Assembly (NCBI GenBank): GCA_963774895.1
Contig: CAVZGN010000002.1
Coordinates: forward strand, 454,454-518,453
From: an uncultured Pseudomonadota bacterium
GTDB lineage: Bacteria > Pseudomonadota > Gammaproteobacteria > Natronospirales > REEB76
Length of the DNA stretch: 64,000 nt
Reading direction: 5' to 3'
The notes beneath the pieces were generated by a model. The model was not told where the DNA came from. It did no database searches and saw nothing but the letters and a program-made list of their open reading frames with translations. A program made the translations under genes and the position numbers. Shown piece after piece: positions 59,213-64,000 of this stretch. Numbering within the stretch: the stretch's first letter is position 1; the number at the start of each line of letters is the position of its first letter.

Positions 59213-59347
59213 GCACCCCTCTGCCGCCGGGAGACGACTGCATGGATGCAGGAGGTAGAGCAACGCAGGGAGCGATTGCCGAGGGCGGGGGTGAGGGTGC
59301 GGCGAACACTATAGCACCGCGTTTTGTTCACACCCTCACCCGCCCTT
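59213..59347 (-). repeat. GC-rich REP/MITE-like element, copy 1 (core 59228-59285) plus long inverted repeat
   Basis: The reverse complement of 59228-59285 matches 62164-62221 at 54/58 positions by direct comparison. The adjacent arms GAGGGCGGGGGTGAGGGTG (59281-59299) and CACCCTCACCCGCCCTT (59331-59347) form a ~17-bp stem with a 31-nt loop. Confidence 0.65.
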
Positions 59348-59381
59348 CAGGGATTTCGGGATAAGTTCTGGATTCGATGAC

Positions 59382-59405
59382 AAAAAAACCCGGCAGATTG
59401 CCGGG
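59382..59405 (-). terminator. rho-independent terminator of rpoH
   Basis: Stem CCCGGCA / TGCCGGG (59389-59395 / 59399-59405) with loop GAT. On the minus strand it is followed by TTTTTTT (A-run 59382-59388). Lies 28 nt after the rpoH stop. Confidence 0.75.
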
Positions 59406-59432
59406 TTTGTATTTTATGGTTGAGCGAAACTT

Positions 59433-60305
59433 TTAGGCCATGAGCACGCCGAGTTTCTTGATGGCGTTATTTTCCAGCTGGCGGATGCGCTCTGCCGATA
59501 CGCCGTAGTGATTCGCTAGTTCCTGCAGGGTCGCCTTATTCTCGTCCAGCCAACGCCGCTGCATGATGTGGCGGCTGCGGTCATCGAGTTTCACCAACGC
59601 GCGCTGCAACTGTGCCTCGCCCTTGGTCTCGGAATCAGTGCGCTCCAGCGCCTGTGCGGGATCCGCGTTGTCATCCGCTTTCAGGTAAGCCACCGGCGCC
59701 ACACTGCGGCTGTCCTCATCTTCGGTCTCCGGCGTAGTGTCGAAAGTGATGTCCTGGCCGGCGAGCCTGGATTCCATCTCCATCACGTCTTCGGGCGAGA
59801 CTTTCAATTCCCGTGCGATGGTTTCCACTTCCTTGCGGTTCATCCAGCCGAGGCGCTTCTTGGAACTACGCAAATTGAAGAACAGTTTGCGTTGCGATTT
59901 GGTGGTGGCCACCTTGACGATGCGCCAGTTCTTGAGGATGAATTCGTGGATCTCGGCCTTGATCCAATGCACGGCGAACGACACCAGACGTACACCCACT
60001 TCCGGATCGAAACGTTTGACCGCTTTCATCAAGCCGATGTTGCCTTCCTGTATGAGGTCGCCGAGCGGCAGTCCGTAGCCCAGATAGCCGCGCGCCACAT
60101 GCACCACGAAACGCAGATGATGCAGCACCAGCTCGCGGGCCGCATCCAGGTCCTCGGATTCGCGGAAACGTATGGCCAAGGCACGCTCTTCCGGTGCGCT
60201 CAGAACCGGCACAGCGTTGACCGCCTGGATATAGGCATTCAGACTGCCGGTGGGGCCGGCCAGAATCAGCTGTTGTGAGCGGGGCATCAGAGCAGTACGC
60301 GCCAT
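59433..60305 (-). CDS. rpoH: RNA polymerase sigma-32 (heat-shock sigma factor)
   Basis: RpoH box QRKLFFNLR and sigma-70 regions 2 and 4. Lies downstream of ftsYEX, as in E. coli. Confidence 0.95.
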   Translation of the reverse strand: MARTALMPRSQQLILAGPTGSLNAYIQAVNAVPVLSAPEERALAIRFRESEDLDAARELVLHHLRFVVHVARGYLGYGLPLGDLIQEGNIGLMKAVKRFDPEVGVRLVSFAVHWIKAEIHEFILKNWRIVKVATTKSQRKLFFNLRSSKKRLGWMNRKEVETIARELKVSPEDVMEMESRLAGQDITFDTTPETEDEDSRSVAPVAYLKADDNADPAQALERTDSETKGEAQLQRALVKLDDRSRHIMQRRWLDENKATLQELANHYGVSAERIRQLENNAIKKLGVLMA

Positions 60306-60332
60306 GGAGACCTCCTAAAATTAAAGGGTATT

Positions 60333-60359
60333 TTAGCACTCTAGGTATATGAGTGCTAA
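60333..60359 (-). promoter_or_regulatory. perfect 9-bp inverted repeat in the ftsX-rpoH spacer (operator, leader hairpin or weak terminator)
   Basis: TTAGCACTC (60333-60341) / GAGTGCTAA (60351-60359) with a 9-nt loop. It lies about 15 nt upstream of the rpoH AGGAGG RBS. Confidence 0.3.
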
Positions 60360-60415
60360 CGGGTTCCAGAGTTCCAGGGTAAAGAGCGGTCAAAACCTTT
60401 GCATTCAAGAACTTG

Positions 60416-61396
60416 TCAGGATGGTTCGATTTCCCGCAAGTGCCGGGCCACGGCCAGCCAAGAGCCCAGCCAGCCCAGGGCGATACCGCTCGCCAGCAAC
60501 CATAGGCTGCCGTGAAAGCCCAGACCACTCAAGCTGAACTGGCCGCCATATAGACTCGCCAGGCGGCCCACTGGCCCAGCCATGAGCAACAATGCAGTCA
60601 CCACCAACAACCAGGCCAGTACCCCGCCAGCCAGGCCATACCAGGTTCCGTGATACAGGAACGGCCGGCGGATGAAACGGTCGGTGGCGCCCAAGAGCTT
60701 GCTGACCTCGATCTCCGCGCGCCGGTTCTCGATTTCCAGACGGATGGTGTTGCCGACGATAAACACCACCGCCAGCCCCAGCAGCAGGCCGATGATGATG
60801 ACCGCACGCCGCAGGATGTCTAGCATGGCCTGCAGGCGCTCGAGCCACTGGATGTCCATGCGCACCTGATCCACCTGTGGCAGCGCACCCAGAGTCCTGC
60901 CTAACTGCTGGGTCGCCGCGGGCGTGGCGTAGTCATCGATCGGCTGGATCACCAATACCGCAGGCAGCGGATTGCTGCCCAACAGGTTCAGGGCATCGCC
61001 GAATCCGGAACGTTGCTGGAAATCCGCCAGTGACTGGCTGGCGGTGATGATCTGCACCGCGCCCACACCGGGCTGCCCACGCACGCTGGTGGCTAACTGT
61101 TGAACCACGGCATCGCTAAGCCCGGGTTTCAGGAACAACGAGATACGCGCCGCGCCCTTCCAGTCACCGCTCATGCTCCTGGCATTTTTCACCATTAGCA
61201 AAGTACCGGCGGGTAACGCCAGCGCGATACCGATGACCGCTACGGTCATGAAGGTGGCCAGCGGGTTACGCCGCAAGCGCACGAATCCCGCCAGAAACAT
61301 CTGCCGATGGTGCAGGAAGTAGGCACCGAGTCGCTGGCTGAGTGTGTGGTGACTGAGCTGCGCGCCATGCACGCCGTCTTCACGCGCGTTCGGCAT
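60416..61396 (-). CDS. ftsX: cell division permease-like protein FtsX
   Basis: 4-TM FtsX-family protein. Overlaps the ftsE end by 17 nt. Confidence 0.9.
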   Translation of the reverse strand: MPNAREDGVHGAQLSHHTLSQRLGAYFLHHRQMFLAGFVRLRRNPLATFMTVAVIGIALALPAGTLLMVKNARSMSGDWKGAARISLFLKPGLSDAVVQQLATSVRGQPGVGAVQIITASQSLADFQQRSGFGDALNLLGSNPLPAVLVIQPIDDYATPAATQQLGRTLGALPQVDQVRMDIQWLERLQAMLDILRRAVIIIGLLLGLAVVFIVGNTIRLEIENRRAEIEVSKLLGATDRFIRRPFLYHGTWYGLAGGVLAWLLVVTALLLMAGPVGRLASLYGGQFSLSGLGFHGSLWLLASGIALGWLGSWLAVARHLREIEPS

Positions 61397-62069
61397 CGGG
61401 ACCTCCCTGGAGTTCGGGCGCCACCATGCGGCCGGCCCGCAAGCTCAGGTAGCGCTGACCGAGACGTCGGATCAGATTGTGATCGTGGCTGGCGACCAGC
61501 ACAGTGATACCCACCTGGTTCAGGCGCAGGAACAATTGCATGACTTCATAGGACAGATCCGGATCCAGGTTGCCGGTAGGCTCGTCGGCGATCAGGATCG
61601 GCGGACGGCTAATGACGGCGCGTGCGATCCCGACGCGCTGCTGTTCACCGGTGGACAGGGTCACTGGCAGCGCTTGCTCCTTGTGCAATAGTCCCACCAG
61701 TTCCAGGGCCGCGCCCACGCGCCGCGGGATGTCCTTGTAGAACACTCCGGCGATGGTGAGTGGCATGGCCACATTGTCGAATACCGTGCGCTCATGCAGC
61801 AGTTTGTGGTCCTGAAAGATGACGCCCACCTTGCGGCGGTAATACGGGATCTGGCGGCGGCGGATGCCGGAGAGGTTCTGACCGTTGATGATGATCTGGC
61901 CGCGGCTCGGGCGCTCGATCAGGGCCAGCAGCTTAAGCAAGGTGCTCTTGCCGGCGCCTGAAGGTCCGGTGAGGAACACCATCTCGCCGCGCTCGATGCT
62001 CAAGCTCACACCCGAGAGGGCTTCGTTGCCACCCGCATAGCGCTTGCTGACTTCGGAAAATAGGATCAC
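61380..62069 (-). CDS. ftsE: cell division ATP-binding protein FtsE
   Basis: N-terminus MILFSEVSKRYAGG, Walker A GPSGAGKST, signature LSTGEQQRVGIAR. GTG start. Confidence 0.95.
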   Translation of the reverse strand: MILFSEVSKRYAGGNEALSGVSLSIERGEMVFLTGPSGAGKSTLLKLLALIERPSRGQIIINGQNLSGIRRRQIPYYRRKVGVIFQDHKLLHERTVFDNVAMPLTIAGVFYKDIPRRVGAALELVGLLHKEQALPVTLSTGEQQRVGIARAVISRPPILIADEPTGNLDPDLSYEVMQLFLRLNQVGITVLVASHDHNLIRRLGQRYLSLRAGRMVAPELQGGPDAERA

Positions 62070-62149
62070 CGTTGTTCCGCTTCTGGGATGGGTTCATTCT
62101 TGGAGGAATAAAGTACACGGGAAACAAAAGCTTCCGTGCATTCTCTCAG

Positions 62150-62316
62150 CCCCCTCACCCCAACCCTCGGCAACCGTTCCCTGCGTTGCTCGACCTCCTG
62201 CATCCACGCAGTCGTCTCCCGCCAGGGGAGAGGGTGGTTTATTGCGACGTCTATTGAAGAACAGCGATCTCTTGCCCCTTCTCCCCTTGTGGGAGAAGGA
62301 GGGGATGAGGGGTGTA
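62150..62316 (+). repeat. GC-rich REP/MITE-like element, copy 2 (core 62164-62221) with terminal inverted CCCCTCACCCC motifs and internal hairpin
   Basis: The core matches copy 1. The 5' end CCCCTCACCCCAACCCTC is paired against the complement of the 3' end GAAGGAGGGGATGAGGGG. There is an internal perfect 9-bp hairpin CCTTCTCCC-CTTGT-GGGAGAAGG (62277-62299). Confidence 0.65.
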
Positions 62317-62340
62317 AAAATCCTTTGGAGCTGCAATACC

Positions 62341-63264
62341 TCATGCCTGCGATTCTCCCACCAAAGCAGTCGCAAACGCCTGTGCATCGAATTCTTCCAG
62401 ATCGTCGGCCTGTTCGCCCAAGCCGATAAAGCGGATCGGGATGCCGAAACGCTGGGCTGCCGCGATCGCCATACCGCCTTTGGCGCTGCCGTCCAGCTTG
62501 GCAATCACCAGTCCCGTCACCCCCACCGCCGCATGGAATTGTTCGATCTGGTGCAAGGCATTCTGGCCGGTGCCGGCGTCCAATACCAGCAGGCATTCGT
62601 GCGGCGCTGAGGCATCGAGCTTGGCGAGCACCCGGCGGATCTTCTTCAGTTCTTCCATCAGGTTGCCCTGGGTGTGCAGGCGACCGGCGGTATCCACGAT
62701 CAGTGCATCGCAGCCTCGGGCCTTGGCTGCCAGCCAGGCATCGTGGGCCACGGCGGCCGGATCGGCGCCGGCCGCCTGGGCGATGACCGGCACGTTTTGC
62801 CGTGCACCCCAGGCCTGTAACTGTTCCACCGCGGCGGCCCGGAAGGTATCGCCGGCCGCCAGCATGAGTTGCAGTCCGCTGGATTTGAAACGCTGCGCCA
62901 GCTTGCCGAGGGTGGTGGTCTTGCCGACGCCGTTTACACCCACAGCCAGGATCACGAACGGCTTGCTGGCGCTTTCCAGCTTGAGCGGATGTGCCACCGG
63001 TGCCAGCAGTCCAGTGATGATCTCCACTAGTGCAGTGCGTAGTGCTTCTGCATCCTTCAATTTGTCTTCGCGCGCGCAGGATCGCAGCTGCTCAAGGATC
63101 GCACGCGTCGCCTCTACGCCTACATCCGCCTGCAGTAATTGGTTTTCCAGTTCTTCCAGGAGCGCGTCGTCGATCGGGCGCCCTGGGGTGATGTGCAGTA
63201 CAGCAAGTCGCAGCCGCTGGCGTAGCTTGCTGAGGAAACTTATCTGGGAAATGGGCTGATTCAT
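62341..63264 (-). CDS. ftsY: signal recognition particle receptor FtsY (short form)
   Basis: NG domain with GVNGVGKTTT, DTAGR and GIPIRFIGLGE motifs. Confidence 0.95.
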   Translation of the reverse strand: MNQPISQISFLSKLRQRLRLAVLHITPGRPIDDALLEELENQLLQADVGVEATRAILEQLRSCAREDKLKDAEALRTALVEIITGLLAPVAHPLKLESASKPFVILAVGVNGVGKTTTLGKLAQRFKSSGLQLMLAAGDTFRAAAVEQLQAWGARQNVPVIAQAAGADPAAVAHDAWLAAKARGCDALIVDTAGRLHTQGNLMEELKKIRRVLAKLDASAPHECLLVLDAGTGQNALHQIEQFHAAVGVTGLVIAKLDGSAKGGMAIAAAQRFGIPIRFIGLGEQADDLEEFDAQAFATALVGESQA

Positions 63265-63316
63265 TTATCACAAAATACAGCAACAAGCTTTATCCTAGCA
63301 TCGATGTGATACCGCA

Positions 63317-63346
63317 TAAAAAACGGGGCGGCTAGCGCCGCCCCGT
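63317..63346 (-). terminator. rho-independent terminator after the lipase-like gene
   Basis: 10-bp stem ACGGGGCGGC / GCCGCCCCGT (63323-63332 / 63337-63346) with loop TAGC, followed on the minus strand by TTTTTT. Confidence 0.75.
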
Positions 63347-63364
63347 AATCGATGCACAATCTGA

Positions 63365-64000
63365 TTACTTGATCAGGCCGGCTGGATTGTTATTGATCGG
63401 CAGATAGTGACCGTAGCTGCCCATGAAGTTTGCCATTTCAGTCTGCATCTCCAAGGTCACCGCTCCGTACAAGGAGGCATCCGCACTGCATGCAGATGAG
63501 GGCACCGCAGGCGACAGCAGTGAACCATGCGTACCAGCTGTGAACTGCACTAATGCATGGATGGGGTTGACGCTTGGACCAATCGTGGTATTCGTCTGGG
63601 TAAGCCCCATGAGATCCGCCAGCAATTGGGTGCTGCTATTGGGTACGACTGTATCTGGAACATTGCAGGGATCGCTGTTAAAACCTCCCACCACCTCAAT
63701 CATGTGGATAGGGTCGTTAGCCGCAGCCAGCGCGGCATAGTTTGCCGGGTCGCCATCCTCGATCACCGACTGGGCGTTCCGGAAGAAGTCATCGTAGAAC
63801 TGAGTGCCTGGAACAATTCCTTCGGCCTCCAGGCCCGCATTGATTTGTGGTGCGAACTCCACGGAATTTAGCAACAACTGGGTGATGTTGCCGCCGGGGT
63901 TGGCAAGCGTGGCAGCCAGGATATGTCCGCCGTCGAACGCCAGGTATGAAGTGCCTGTGATTGCCCCCAGCGAGTGGCCCACGAAGGAGATTTGCGAGCC
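63365..64000 (-). CDS. alpha/beta-hydrolase lipase/esterase, secreted type (5' end outside window)
   Basis: The reading frame stays open to the window edge. Nucleophile elbow ...SQISFVGHSLGA (GHSLG). The C-terminal region resembles extracellular lipase/phospholipase families. Only a partial gene is visible. Confidence 0.6.
   Translation of the reverse strand, partial: GSQISFVGHSLGAITGTSYLAFDGGHILAATLANPGGNITQLLLNSVEFAPQINAGLEAEGIVPGTQFYDDFFRNAQSVIEDGDPANYAALAAANDPIHMIEVVGGFNSDPCNVPDTVVPNSSTQLLADLMGLTQTNTTIGPSVNPIHALVQFTAGTHGSLLSPAVPSSACSADASLYGAVTLEMQTEMANFMGSYGHYLPINNNPAGLIK

Noticed and set aside
59228-62221. The two 58-nt repeat cores as a diversity-generating-retroelement TR/VR pair. Three of the 4 mismatches are A-to-other when read in one orientation.
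   Set aside because: One mismatch goes the wrong way (G to A). Neither copy lies in the 3' end of a coding gene. There is no reverse transcriptase or accessory gene in the window, and the repeat is much shorter than typical TR/VR.
62150-62316. CCCTCACCC-type repeats considered as a CRISPR array or an IS element.
   Set aside because: There are only two dispersed copies, with no regular repeat-spacer periodicity, no cas genes and no transposase ORF. They fit REP/MITE-like non-autonomous repeats instead.

Overview
This 64-kb window is a moderately GC-rich chromosome segment (roughly 58-60% GC by eye) of gammaproteobacterial type. It is almost entirely housekeeping genes, many translationally coupled through ATGA, GTGA or TTGA stop/start overlaps. 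The synteny is classical: tesA | ybbA-ybbP; fadD; pyrF-hemE; aroK-aroB-dgt downstream of pilMNOPQ, which is divergent from ponA; gltA; rpmE; hemW-rdgB-rph; yicC-gmk-rpoZ-spoT-(ridA)-recG-ubiCA; comF | bioBFHCD; an aa3-type cytochrome oxidase cluster (coxB-coxA-coxC-surf1-ctaA-cyoE); and ftsYEX-rpoH. I found no rRNA or tRNA genes, CRISPR arrays, transposases, integrases, phage genes or recognisable defence genes, so I cannot support a new multi-gene system here. Five signals are the most interesting. (1) A 650-bp gene desert between rpmE and hemW carries a tight cluster of DnaA-box-like 9-mers, a 25%-GC block and an IHF-consensus site. It sits where gene-strand bias flips, making it a candidate oriC or DnaA-control element. 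(2) A decayed duplicate of the ybbP 3' end (693-865) lies 2149 nt from the real 3' end and brackets an ABC-2 exporter operon, which looks like the scar of integration into a gene 3' end. (3) Two tandem paralogous secreted Cys-containing proteins of unknown function are wedged between spoT and ridA-recG. (4) A REP/MITE-like GC-rich repeat occurs twice in inverted orientation, and one copy splits the normally compact ftsY-ftsE junction. (5) The oxidase cluster lacks cox11/ctaG and instead has a 44-aa TM ORF and a SCO-like CxxxC protein. Smaller items include an orphan PP2C phosphatase between rph and yicC, an HD-GYP/EAL operon, and a BirA-operator-like palindrome at the bioB promoter. All functional calls rest on motifs and family resemblance read by eye from the translations. 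No database search was run.
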